Shown one piece after another: positions 9,885 through 35,278 of a stretch of 64,000 nt of DNA. Under the pieces are notes generated by a model, which saw only the letters and a program-made list of their open reading frames with translations, was not told the origin of the DNA and did not search any database. The DNA lies in assembly GCA_002269645.1 (NCBI GenBank), contig NIVC01000882.1:356653-420652 (forward strand). Reading direction: 5' to 3'. The position numbers and the translations under genes are program-made. This DNA comes from Macrostomum lignano. Its lineage: Eukaryota. Numbering within the stretch: position 1 is the first letter of the stretch; the number at the start of each line of letters is the position of its first letter.

Positions 9885-12800
9885 ATGTCTAACTTTGACA
9901 ATCCCTTTGCTGACCCAAATAAACAGATGCAAGCAAATACAAATACAAGTCCATTTTCGGTAAGTTTTTTTACTTCATAGGAGGTTTCTATTATAATTTT
10001 AACAGCGTATCTGATTATTTTTTATAATGCATAAGTGCATAATATACAATATTTTTTAAATATTGCATTGGTTCCTGTCTGGAGTCTAGACTAGTTTTCA
10101 TTTGTATAAAAGTAGTCTGGACTAGTCTTGGATGTGCATAATTTGGTTGGAATTGAATTTCTTTATAACTATTGAATTCAATCTGGGTTATGATTGTGTA
10201 TTTTTTCTATTTTACAATAAGTAGATGGATATTCAAATAATAAAAGATGTTGATAAAAGGTATAAAATATAAATATATGGGGAAATCCAAAAATCGGGGG
10301 CAAGTTTTATGAAAATTCGTTTTTTGGCAATTTGAAAGCAATAAAGCTATAAAATAAATTTATTCAAGTTTTTAAAAAGTAAAAAAGTCTATTAAAGCAC
10401 AAATTATTTTCGTATAGCTTTATTTTTAATAAAATGATTTGTTAAAACGGTAAGTTTAATTACGACCTAAAATGAGTCTAATGAAAATGATTGAAAAGCT
10501 ATAATAATGTATTTTATTAACTTTAACTATCTTATAATGTTACACTCTATAATTCTACAACATATTTAACATTATTTTAAGGTTTTATTTGTTTATCACT
10601 TTCGTTACTCTTGACAACGTGTATTTTATAGAGTTCGTTTGCAATAAATTGTATTCAACGTAAGTTTATTATTTAAACATACAAATTCCCGTAAGGATCG
10701 GAAAATTGCATTTTACTCAGCTTCTACTAAAGCGATTTGGAAAATTCTTTTTTTCCTGCATACACGCCGCGATGATACATGTTTTAGTGTAATTTCATTG
10801 TTCTTCGTCGCTTAATAAGCATACAGTAAGCATCTGATTTGGAAGCCGGGTAACACATTGGAATTCCCATAAGGATTGGAAAATTGCATTTTACTCAGCT
10901 TCTACTGAAGCGATTTGGAAAATTCTTTTTTTCCTGCATACACGCCGCGATGATACATGTTTTAGTGTAATTTCATTGTTCTTCGTCGCTTAATAAGCAT
11001 ACAGTAAGCATCTGATTTGGAAGCCGGGTAACACATTGGAATTCCCATAAGGATTGGAAAATTGCATTTTACTCAGCTTCTACTGAAGCGATTTGGAAAA
11101 TTCTTTTTTTCCTGCATACACGCCGCGATGATACATGTTTTAGTGTAATTTCATTGTTCTTCGTCGCTTAATAAGCATACAGTAAGCATCTGATTTGGAA
11201 GCCGGGTAACACATTGGAATTCCCATAAGGATTGGAAAATTGCATTTTACTCAGCTTCTACTGAAGCGATTTGGAAAATTCTTTTTTTCCTGCATACACG
11301 CCGCGATGATACATGTTTTAGTGTAATTTCATTGTTCTTCGTCGCTTAATGAGCATACAGTAAGCATCTGATTTGGATGCCGGGTTCACATTTTGTGGTA
11401 CCATTTTTTACCCAAAATTTTTAAGTCTAAATATAGGCATATTACAAATACTAATACTATGCAAGTTGATATTTAAATGAAAGAAAACAACTTAAAGATT
11501 ATTTTGCAACAAGGAATTAGCGATATATTTACTTTTAGAAAAAGATGTTTGCTGGCAAACTTTGCACTTTATATTAGTATGAATTTTTGCGAGTTTATAT
11601 GGTTTTAGAAAAACTTTGAAATCCTTAGAAATACTTCATCTTTTTGAATTGAATAAAAAGTAAAACACAGATTACTTTCTGTTTTGTAATTAGTAAAAAA
11701 ATTAGCCTTCTCTAAGGCCTACAAGTCTTAAAATTAATTGTTTAATAATGAAAAAAGTGAAACAAAAAATTGCAAATCGGTCAACTCGGACTTTCAAAAT
11801 GCTTTTTTGTGGTTTTTTCTTATTTATTCAACAATATAAAGCATGAAAACAATAGTTTTTATCCAGAACTATTTTCTAAAGACCTATCTATCTTTCAAAA
11901 ACCTTTTTTAGATACATTACTTTCCATCGAATGTCCGCAGATTTGTTTTACCGTTTTATCCCACGTTTTTGGATTTCGCCATATCTAGGCCTATAAATTT
12001 GCCAAATATTATTTGTAATTATTATATTTTAACCATTTATCTTGCTTTTACCAATATTTTACATTGCAGCTAAATATAAACAAAATATATTTCAATATTT
12101 TTATGTCAGTTTCAATATATTGGATTCAAAAAATTTTATAAAGCATAGGATACTAGCCTATATAATATTTAAAAATAATTTTTTTACAATAAATAATTTT
12201 GAACACATATTCTTTAGCTAGTGAGAATAATATCAAATCAATGTTTTATGGGATTGAGCCATTATATTTCTATGACAAAATATATCAACTTTTTGTCACT
12301 TACACATTTGAATAATCATTATCTTAAAATTATAAATATTTAGTTATAATTTACCTATTTTTATTTCAAATTTGATTGATATTTGTTGATTCTCTATCTG
12401 AAATAAATACTTTATTACTCAAAATCAATCAAATCAATCAAATGAGTATGTATACCTATGCTAAATTTTTGTAACTATATTTTAAATATCTAAATTAGTA
12501 ACCTAATAGATCTCAACATTCACATGCAGGACCCATCTGTGCAGCAGGCCAGAGGTTCTCAGCCTTCGTCTACACGCGCTGCCATGGACGAGTTCAGTCC
12601 ATTCAGCGCTGAGCAGCAGCAGCAGCAGCAAAAGCCACAGCCCCAGCAGCAGCCACAGCCGGCTATTCTTCCTTACCAGCCGCAGCAGCAGCAACAGCCA
12701 CAGCCGCCCCCAGCTTACAGCGCCAGCGCTCAGCAGCGCATCACCTCGGAGGAGTTGGAGCGGCGCCAGCGAGAGTTAGAAGCGAAAGCGCGCGAACTTG

Positions 12801-14761
12801 AGCGCCGCGAAGAGGAGCAGCGACGGAGGGAAGCTGAGATGGCCTCATCTGGTCCCGGCGGTCCGGCTGGCGGATGTGAGAGACTCGCTGGTCATTTCTC
12901 AGATCTTCAGACATGACTTGCCAATCATTTCTCAGATCCTCAGGCATGACTCGCCAATCATTTCTCAGATTCTCAGCGATGACTCGCCAATCATTTCTCA
13001 GATCCTCAGGCATGACTTGCCAATCATTTCTCAGATTCTCAGCGATGACTCGCCAATCATTTCTCAGATTCTGAGCGATGACTCGCCAATCATTTCTCTG
13101 ATCTTCAGACATGACTTGCCAATCATTTCTCAGATTCTCAGCGATGACTCGCCAATCATTTCTCAGATCCTCAGGCATGACTCGCCAATCATTTCTCAGA
13201 TTCTCAGCGATGACTCGCCAATCATTTCTCAGATTCTCAGCGATAACTCGCCAATCATTTCTCATTTAAAAACAGGCGACTTATCCTGAAAATCTTGCAG
13301 CCCAATGCGCCAAAGAAAAGATATACTGTCCATTGCTTTCTCCACCATCCCGAATCCCCGCAGTTCGGCAGAACAACTGGCCACCGCTGCCAGCTTTCTC
13401 CCCGGTGGGCCCCTGCTTCTACCAGGACATCGACGTGGACATCCCGTCGGAGTTCCGCTCCCTGGTGCGCCTGTCCTACTACCTGTGGCTGGCACACGTG
13501 TGCCTACTGTTGGTGAACATTCTTGGCACGCTGGCCTATTTCATTGGCGTGCAGGCGAGCAAGACCAACGCTGGCACCGTCTTTGGCGTGTCTCTAATCG
13601 TCTGCGTAGCATTCGTACCGGCCTCCTACGTGTGCTGGTTCCGCCCGCTGTACAAGGCCTTTAAGTGAGCGCTCAGGCTGAGTTTCCGGACTCCCAGATT
13701 CCCTCACTGGATCATTTTCAGTTGCTGGTCCGCCACCGCCACCCTCGCAGATCCTCAGTTGCTGGGGCCACCGCCACCCTCGCAGATCCTCAGTTGCTGG
13801 GGCCACCGCCACCCTCGCAGATCCTCAGTTGCTGGGGCCACCGCCACCCTCGCAGATCCTCAGTTGCTGGGCCACCGCCACCCTCGCAGATCCTCAGTTG
13901 CTGGGGCCACCGCCACCCTCGCAGATCCTCAGTTGCTGGGGCCACCGCCACCCTCGCAGATCCTCAGTTGCTGGGGCCACCGCCACCTTCGCAGATCCTC
14001 AGTTGCTGGGGCCACCGCCACCTTCGCAGATCCTCAGTTGCTGGGGCCACCGCCACCTTCGCAGATCCTCAGTTGCTGGGCCACCGCCACCCTCGCAGAT
14101 CCTCAGTTGCTGGGCCACCGCCACCCTCCTCCCAAATTCTCAGTTGCTGGGAAGTTGTCATTCTCAATTTTATCTTCAAACCCTCAATAAAAAATCTGAA
14201 TCCTCTAGTTGAGCATAGAGTCCTCGTGTTGTCCTTACTGATCCAAACTGGTTTATATCGAATAAAAACCACCGTTTCAGAAACGACAGCAGCTTCAACT
14301 TCTTTCTATTCTTCGTGATGTTCTTCGTCCAGTTTGTCATCCTGGCCATCCAGTGCTTGGGCCTCGACTATCTGGGCAGCTGCGGCTGGATTAACGCCTT
14401 CGTCATGATGAAGCAGAGCACAGCAGTTGGCATGTTCATGCTGCTCATTGCGCTGTGCTTCACTGCCCTAGCGGGACTGGACATGGCCCTGCTGGTCCGG
14501 GTGAGGCCTCGGCTCTTAATTGCGCATTCAACCTTTCCATGTACCTTGTCTTCTCCTCACTCTCTAACTGAGCAACCCGCTCTGCAGGTGCACCGCATCT
14601 ACCGAAGCACCGGTGCCAGCTTTGCCAAAGCGCGCCAGGAGTTCAGTCAAGGCGTTCTGGCCAACGAAGCTGTTCGCGGAGCTGCTGCCGACGCCGCCGC
14701 CGTGTCTGCCCGGTCCGCCTTCACCGGTGGCGGTAGCGGCGGTGGCGGCGGTCGCTATTAA
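9885..14761 (+). CDS. SCAMP: Secretory carrier-associated membrane protein, 371 aa; exons 9885-9959, 12530-12875, 13364-13664, 14281-14500, 14588-14761
   Basis: MSNFDNPFADP start, DPSV, coiled coil, NNWPPLP, CFYQDI, CWFRPLYKAFKNDSSFNF and four TM helices; all introns GT-AG with matching phases. Confidence 0.93.
10684..11390. repeat. 178-bp tandem satellite, about 4 near-identical units, in SCAMP intron 1
   Basis: ATTCCC...AAGGAT recurs at 10863, 11041 and 11219. Confidence 0.95.
12885..13265. repeat. 33-bp minisatellite, about 11 units, in SCAMP intron 2
   Basis: Unit GACTCGCCAATCATTTCTCAGATTCTCAGCGAT. Confidence 0.95.
13725..14145. repeat. 34-35-bp minisatellite, about 12 units, in SCAMP intron 3
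   Basis: Unit GGGGCCACCGCCACCCTCGCAGATCCTCAGTTGCT. Confidence 0.95.
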
Positions 14762-14819
14762 TTTGACATGTGCTGACTGCTTCCCTGATTGGCTCTGATT
14801 AGATTTGGGGTAGCGGCCG

Positions 14820-15320
14820 TCGGCCGATTCTAATTGGTTCTGTCGGGGGCTAACGGTTGGCGGCCGATTCTAATTGGCTGTGCCCGATTTAGGGGTTGGC
14901 GGCCGATTCTAATTGGCTGTGCACGATTTAGGGCCGGCTTGTGGCCGATTCTAATTGGCTGTGCCCGATTAAACGGTTGGCGGCCGATTCTAATTGGCTG
15001 TGCACGATTTAGGGCCGGTTTGGCGGCCGATTCTAATTGGCTGTGTCCGATTAAGTGGTTGGTGGCCGATTCTAATTGGCTGTGCACGATTTAGGGGTTT
15101 GTGGCCGATTCTAATTGGCTGTGCCCTATTAAACGGTTGGCGGCCAATTCTAATTGGCTGTGCCCGAATAAACGGTTGGCGGCCGATTCTAATTAGCTGG
15201 GCCCGATTTAGGGGTTGGTGACCGATTCTAATTGGCTGTGCCCAATTTTGGGGTTGTTGGCCGATTCTAATTGGCTATGCACGATTTACGGGTTGGCGGC
15301 CGATTCTAATTGACTGTGCT
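14820..15320. repeat. About 39-bp minisatellite, about 13 units, 3' of SCAMP
   Basis: Unit GGCCGATTCTAATTGGCTGTGCACGATTTAGGGGTTGGC. Confidence 0.93.
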
Positions 15321-15909
15321 GCCGGGCCGGGGTCAGGCGTGTTAGCAAAGGACCCTGGCGGGGCTAATCTGAAAATATGTAATCGATTTTTGCCGCCAAT
15401 TAAATCGAATCAAATCATACGTTGTGGTTTCTATATGTGCTATCTGAGATGTATTATCTAATGATCTACTTGTGTTTAACTAGTCTAAGCATCTCTTCTG
15501 TTTTTTGTTTTTAAGGTTACACGGGTAAACACGTTTTGTTTTAATTTCTCAAACCGTCGATAATCAGTTTATTGGCTATTGCTTTTTCCCTTGATAAATT
15601 TTATTAGCATTTTACAAGCCGTCTTACCAGTAAGTCACAACTTAGTGGGCCTCTAGTTAGTATGTTATTTAATATTGATCGACTATTTACAGTTCACTTG
15701 ATCAAATAACTTGTGGAAATAAATCATACGAGTCGCAATACTCATTGTTCCTATATTAATCTACGCGTACGCATGCTATTTTACTTTCCTAATCTATTGA
15801 TCTGTCTGTCAACAAAAGGTCAGTCACATGGTCTGAACTAATCAATGGTACAATATTAATTAAAGTACGTGCAGTTGTTTATCTATACTAGCAAAATAGT
15901 GTCAACAAA

Positions 15910-15985
15910 CGTCGCTATTGGCTCTGAGTGATCACGTGACAACTGCCTCGTCCAATAGAAACGACTGGGTGATCTCTAAGACTTG
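15910..15985 (-). mobile_element. Fragment of the MITE family seen at 62583
   Basis: GTCGCTATTGGCT..TCACGTGAC..CCAATAGAAACG.CTGGGTGA matches the reverse complement of the 62583-62752 element. Confidence 0.55.
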
Positions 15986-16519
15986 TGTGTACGGACACGC
16001 GATCTATTCGCGGTTATATAGTGCATAAACAGGTCATGTGATTTAATCGCAATTAATAATTGAGGTTGAAGGTAATTTTGTGCCTCCAAGGGAAGATCAA
16101 GCAGCAATTTTCTCAATGTTGTGTCTAAAATTCCGTGCATGATCCTTACTTTGTGTCTTTTTGTGCTTTTATAGTTGTCCCACCCATGCCCTCTGTCTGT
16201 CTGTCTGAAATCGTATGAATGCTTGTCAATCAGAGTAAATTTGTTGTGTCGTAGTATTGATAATTATAGCCTGAGCACAGGTATTTTATGTATTCTTGCC
16301 CAGTGTAGTGAATAACTGTTTACTGTTAAAATGTTGGTCTATTATTGGTCTATGGTCTAACTTACACCGTATAATATGGAGGCAACCTTTGCATAATTTT
16401 TTGCTGAACTGTGTTATATTTCTCTTCACCCTATTTTCTTCACATCTCTTCCTTTTTAATTTGTTCCTTTACCTTTTCTTTCGGTTCATCTAATCCTCTC
16501 TTCTCTTTTTCTGTTCTGC

Positions 16520-19125
16520 TACCCTTCCCCTCCTCCTCCTCCTCCCCTTCCCCTCCTCCTCCTCCCCTTCCCCTCCTCCTCCTCCTCCCCTTCCCCTCCT
16601 CCTCCTCCCCTTTCCCTCCTCCTCCTCCCCTTCCCCTCCTCCTCCTCCCCTTCCCCTCCTCCTCCTCCTCCCCTTCCCCTCCTCCTCCTCCCCTTTCCCT
16701 CCTCCTCCTCCCCTTCCCCTCCTCCTCCTCCCCTTCCCCTCCTCCTCCTCCCCTTCCCCTCCTCCTCCCCTTCCCCTCCTCCTCCTCCTCCCCTTCCCCT
16801 CCTCCTCCCCTTCCTCTCCTCCTCCTCCTCCCCTTCCCCTCCTCCTCCTCCTCCCCTTCCCCTCCTCCTCCTCCTCCCCTTCCCCTCCTCCTCCTCCTCC
16901 CCCTCCTCCTCCTCCTCCCCTTCCCCTCCTCCTCCTCCCCTTCCCCTCCTCCTCCTCCTCCTCCCCTTCCCCTCCTCCTCCTCCCCTTCCCCTCCTCCTC
17001 CTCCTCACCTTCCCCTCCTCCTCCCCTTCCCCTCCTCCTCCTCCTCCCCTTCCCCTCCTCCTCCTCCTCCCCTTCCCCTCCTCCTCCTCCTCCCCTTCCC
17101 CTCCTCCTCCTCCTCCCCTTCCCCTCCTCCTCCCCTTCCCCTCCTCCTCCTCCTCCCCTTCCCCTCCTCCTCCTCCCCTTCCCCTCCTCCTCCTCCCCTT
17201 CCCCTCCTCCTCCTCCTCCCCTTCCCCTCCTCCTCCTCCTCCCCTTCCCCTCCTCCTCCTCCTCCCCTTCCCCTCCTCCTCCTCCTCCCCTTCCCCTCCT
17301 CCTCCTCCCCTTCCCCTCCTCCTCCTCCTCCCCTTCCCCTCCTCCTCCTCCTCCCCTTCCCCTCCTCCTCCTCCTCCCCTTCCCCTCCTCCTCCCCTTCC
17401 CCTCCTCCTCCTCCTCCCCTTCCCCTCCTCCTCCTCCCTTCCCCTCCTCCTCCTCCTCCCCTTCCCCTCCTCCTCCTCCTCCCCTTCCCCTCCTCCTCCC
17501 CTTCCCCTCCTCCTCCCCTTCCCCTCCTCCTCCTCCTCCCCTTCCCCTCCTCCTCCCCTTCCCCTCCTCCTCCTCCTCCCCTTCCCCTCCTCCTCCTCCT
17601 CCCCTTCCCCTCCTCCTCCTCTTCCCCTTCCCCTCCTCCTCCTCCTCCCCTTCCCCTCCTCCTCCTCCTCCCCTTCCCCTCCTCCTCCTCCCCTTCCCCT
17701 CCTCCTCCTCCTCCTCCCCTTCCCCTCCTCCTCCTCCTCCCCTTCCCCTCCTCCTCCTCCTCCCCTTCCCCTCCTCCTCCTCCTCCCCTTCCCCTCCTCC
17801 TCCTCCCCTTCCCCTCCTCCTCCTCCTCCCCTTCCCCTCCTCCTCCTCCTCCCCTTCCCCTCCTCCTCCTCCTCCCCTTCCCCTCCTCCTCCTCCTCTTC
17901 CCCTTCCTCTTCTTCCCCTCTTCCTCCCCTCTTCCTCCCCTTTTCCTCCCCCTCTTCCCCCCTCTTCCTCCCCTTCCCCTCCTCCTCCTCCTCCCCTTCC
18001 CTCCTCCTCCTCCTCCCCTTCCCCTCCTCCTCCTCCTCACCTTCCCCTCCTCCTCCCCTTCCCCTCCTCCTCCTCCTCCCCTTCCCCTCCTCCTCCTCCT
18101 CCCCTTCCCCTCCTCCTCCTCCTCCCCTTCCCCTCCTCCTCCTCCTCCCCTTCCCCTCCTCCTCCTCCTCCCCTTCCCCTCCTCCTCCTCCTCCCCTTCC
18201 CCTCCTCCTCCTCCTCCCTTCCCCTCCTCCTCCCCTTCCCCTCCTCCTCCTCCTCCCCTTCCCCTCCTCCTCCTCCCCTTCCCCTCCTCCTCCTCCCCTT
18301 CCCCTCCTCCTCCTCCTCCCCTTCCCCTCCTCCTCCTCCTCCCCTTCCCCTCCTCCTCCTCCTCCCCTTCCCCTCCTCCTCCTCCTCCCCTTCCCCTCCT
18401 CCTCCTCCCCTTCCCCTCCTCCTCCTCCTCCCCTTCCCCTCCTCCTCCTCCTCCCCTTCCCCTCCTCCTCCTCCTCCCCTTCCCCTCCTCCTCCTCCTCC
18501 CCTTCCCCTCCTCCTCCCCTTCCCCTCCTCCTCCTCCCCTTCCCCTCCTCCTCCTCCTCCCCTTCCCCTCCTCCTCCTCCTCCCCTTCCCCTCCTCCTCC
18601 CCTTCCCCTCCTCCTCCCCTTCCCCTCCTCCTCCTCCTCCCCTTCCCCTCCTCCTCCCCTTCCCCTCCTCCTCCTCCTCCCCTTCCCCTCCTCCTCCTCC
18701 TCCCCTTCCCCTCCTCCTCCTCTTCCCCTTCCCCTCCTCCTCCTCCTCCCCTTCCCCTCCTCCTCCTCCTCCCCTTCCCCTCCTCCTCCTCCCCTTCCCC
18801 TCCTCCTCCTCCTCCTCCCCTTCCCCTCCTCCTCCTCCCCCCTTCCCCTCCTCCTCCTCCTCCCCTTCCCCTCCTCCTCCTCCTCCCCTTCCCCTCCTCC
18901 TCCTCCTCCCCTTCCCCTCCTCCTCCTCCTCCCCTTCCCCTCCTCCTCCTCCTCCCTTTCCCCTCCTCCTCCTCCTCCCCTTCCCCTCCTCCTCCTCCTC
19001 CCCTTCCCCTCCTCCTCCTCCTCCCCTTCCCCTCCTCCTCCTCCTCTTCCCCTTCCTCTTCTTCCCCTCTTCCTCCCCCTCTTCCTCCCCCTTTTCCTCC
19101 CCCTCTTCCCCCCCTCTTCCTCACC
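16520..19125. repeat. 2.6-kb homopyrimidine/homopurine tract, (CCT)n-CCCCTTC units
   Basis: The plus strand is essentially only C and T. Confidence 0.98.
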
Positions 19126-20214
19126 CTCTTCATCCCCTGTCTCTCAGTTTTACTCATTCTCATTATATTTTGTTTAATCTCTTATTCAGTTATTCGCAGA
19201 TTATGAGCTGGTGATAATAAGAGTAATTTATAGGATTTATCGCAGTTATTCAATCAACTTCATTAGTCAAGTTTCCAATTAAAGTAGAGCCAGTTTGTTT
19301 AAAATCTGTCAGTTTCAAAGCATACGCACCACCTGCTTCAAGGCCGCCCTTGCGGTTTATTATTTCGTTTTCGAAATTGGCTGTTCTGTTTATTTTCTGC
19401 CAGCATTGTTTTACAAATCTTCCGTGTTTTAACAAAAAGCGTATTATTCTACTGTACTGTCCGAGTAGCGAGTAGAGTTTACGACATGTTGTTTTTGCTT
19501 TTAGTTTAAAAAATGCTTATTAATCAAAATGCCTCGTGCCCGCATCCTGTTTGATTGTAAGCTGTATTATTTTTGTTTTGTGTTTTCTTCTTTATTCTGT
19601 CCGCCAGCTTTTCTTCTGCTTGCAGTTAGCAGCGATTGTGGCTCTTGTTTTGTTTTTATGCACTGAGTTCTACCGTGGCAATAAAGTTGCTAGTCTGTGC
19701 GAAATGCCGCACTGTCTGTGGTTGCGTCCTTTTCATCGTTTACCAGTTAAGAGAAAAGCAAAACTACTTGACTTCTGACTGTCAGCGCTAATTTTCTTAG
19801 AATCCTTTGATTCCAAAATCCCAACCGGACATAGGAAACTGCTCTCCTTCAATTTCTATTAATTTTTTTAATCCCCAGAGCTAAATACCAATGAATCGAA
19901 TTCCATGGTCGGTCACGTGACGCCCTCCAAAGCCGTTGCCGTGTCAGTTCTCTTCGATTTGCTACTCACAGTCTGGCGTCACTGTGCCATGCTAAAAAGG
20001 AAATTTTACAAGGGATCGCGTGCAAAAATTAGAAAAAAAGAAGTCGAGGTGGTGGGTGCATTCAGGTAGGATGTGACATCACTCAGGGAGTCTGGTAGAT
20101 AGGGGTACGGTTTGAGAACAATGGAAGAAATATGCGAAAAGATAGAGAAAATTAGCGAGAACAAAAAACAGAAAGGGAAAACTAGATTGCGGAAGACAAA
20201 ACAACCGCGTGCAT

Positions 20215-21118
20215 ATGGGCTGGGTGTGCAAGAGTGAGCAAATGGAGTGGGGTGGGTGTGCAAGAGTGAGGAAACGGAGTGGGGTGGGTGTGCAAGAGTG
20301 AGGAAACGGAGTGGGGTGGGTGTGCAAGAGTGAGGAAATGGAGTGGGCTGGGTGTGCAAGAGTGAGGAAACGGAGTGGGGTGGGTGTGCAAGAGTGAGGA
20401 AACGGAGTGGGGTGGGTGTGCAAGAGTGAGGAAACGGAGTGGGGTGGGTGTGCAAGAGTGAGGAAATAGAGTGGGGTAGGTGTGCAAAAGTGAGGAAACG
20501 GAGTGGGGTGGGTGTGCAAGAGTGAGGAAATGGAGTGGGCTGGGTGTTCAAGAGTAAGGAAACGGAGTGGGGTGGGTGTGCAAGAGTGAGGAAACGGAGT
20601 GGGGTGGGTGTGCAAGAGTGAGGAAACGGAGTGGGCTGGGTGTTCAAGAGTAAGGAAACGGAGTGGGGTGGGTGTGCAAGAGTGAGGAAATGGAGTGGGC
20701 TGGGTGTTCAAGAGTGAGGAAACGGAGTGGGCTGGGTGTACAAGAGTGAGGAAACAGAGTGGGGTGGGTGTGCAAGAGTGAGGAAACAGAGTGGGGTGGG
20801 TGTGCAAGAGTGAGGAAACGGAGTGGGGTGGTTGTGCAAGAGTGAGGAAACGGAGTGGGGTAGGTGTGCAAGAGTGAGGAAATGGAGTGGGCTGGGTGTT
20901 CAAGAGTAAGGAAACGGAGTGGGGTGGGTGTGCAAGAGTGAGGAAACGGAGTGGGGTAGGTGTGCAAGAGTGAGGAAATGGAGTGGGCTGGGTGTTCAAG
21001 AGTAAGGAAACGGAGTGGGGTGGGTGTGCAAGAGTGAGGAAATGGAGTGGGCTGGGTGTTCAAGAGTGAGGAAACGGAGTGGGGTGGGTGTGCAAGAGTG
21101 AGGAAATGGAGTGGGGTT
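20215..21118. repeat. 32-bp G-rich minisatellite, about 28 units
   Basis: Unit GGAGTGGGGTGGGTGTGCAAGAGTGAGGAAAC. Confidence 0.95.
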
Positions 21119-21670
21119 GAGGCTCTCTGGCACCCAGAGAGTCTAGGAATTTTTCAAACAGAAAATCCGAACAAGCCTAGAAATTTTTATGACTTAAAAT
21201 CCCAATTAAAGCTGCTTTCATTTTAGTTCATAAAAGTCGGTACTCAAGGTGGCTGCTGAAAAGTATTGCAAATGCAACGGTGGTTAGCAGTCATGCCCAT
21301 TGCGCTGACCCTTGAGTGCTCTCACCGCACGACTCCCCAAGATAATTTCTGTGGAAGACAACTCGCTGCCAGATGAAGCATATCTGAGACGATTGCATCT
21401 GAAGTGGCTCCCAGCAGCAGTCTCTCCTCCGTTGGTTTGGACGCGCAGAACTTTTTTCGTGTGTAATTATTAACTTGCTGTCTGGATTGGAACAGGCATT
21501 TTTTCTCTGCTGGCCCCTCATTTGCTGCAAGGCTGGGAGCCAATGGCAGATTCTAATGGCTCACCGGGCAATACAAAGTGTCCGGCCATTGCAATCGCTC
21601 CATAGCTAATCATCTTATTTCCCGAATCCGTCATTGAAAACTCAGCACCGCAGAGACACAGCGCTCAGCC

Positions 21671-34758
<13,088 letters not shown>

Positions 34759-34808
34759 ATTGATGAATACGGCAGTCTCAGTGCGGCTGCCTCGTCTGCT
34801 ATGAATTC

Positions 34809-34809
<1 letters not shown>

Positions 34810-34882
<73 letters not shown>

Positions 34883-34982
34883 CTCTCTCTCTCTCACTCT
34901 CTCTCACTCTCACTCTCTCTCACTCTCTCTCTCTCACTCTCTCTCTCTCACTCTCACTCTCTCTCTCTCACTCTCTCTCTCA

Positions 34983-35013
<31 letters not shown>

Positions 35014-35148
35014 ACTCTCTCTCACTCTCTCTCACTCTCACTCTCTCTCACTCTCTCTCACTCTCTATCTCTCTCTCTCTCACTCTCTCTCTCTCTCTTT
35101 CTCTCTCTCTCACTCTCTCTCACTCTCTCTCACTCTCACTCTCTCTCA

Positions 35149-35179
<31 letters not shown>

Positions 35180-35216
35180 ACTCTCTCTCACTCTCACTCT
35201 CTCTCACTCTCTCTCA

Positions 35217-35247
<31 letters not shown>

Positions 35248-35278
35248 TCTCACTCTCTCTCACACTCCCACTCTCTCA
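34810..35278. repeat. (CT)n/(CTCA) microsatellite just 3' of the SLC5 stop
   Basis: Direct reading. Confidence 0.97.

Noticed and set aside
10684-11390. 178-bp array as a hammerhead retrozyme
   Set aside because: I found no CUGAnGA...GAAA core on either strand of the unit
12510-12529. SCAMP start at ATG 12524, or an exon reading DLNIHMQ with a lost NPF
   Set aside because: CAG at 12527-12529 is an acceptor before DPSV, and a phase-matched exon 1 exists at 9885-9959
16411-19206. 931-aa, 907-aa and 516-aa ORFs (Pro/Ser/Leu or Gly/Arg/Glu rich)
   Set aside because: A C/T-only strand cannot contain stop codons, nor can its G/A complement; these are artefacts of the tract
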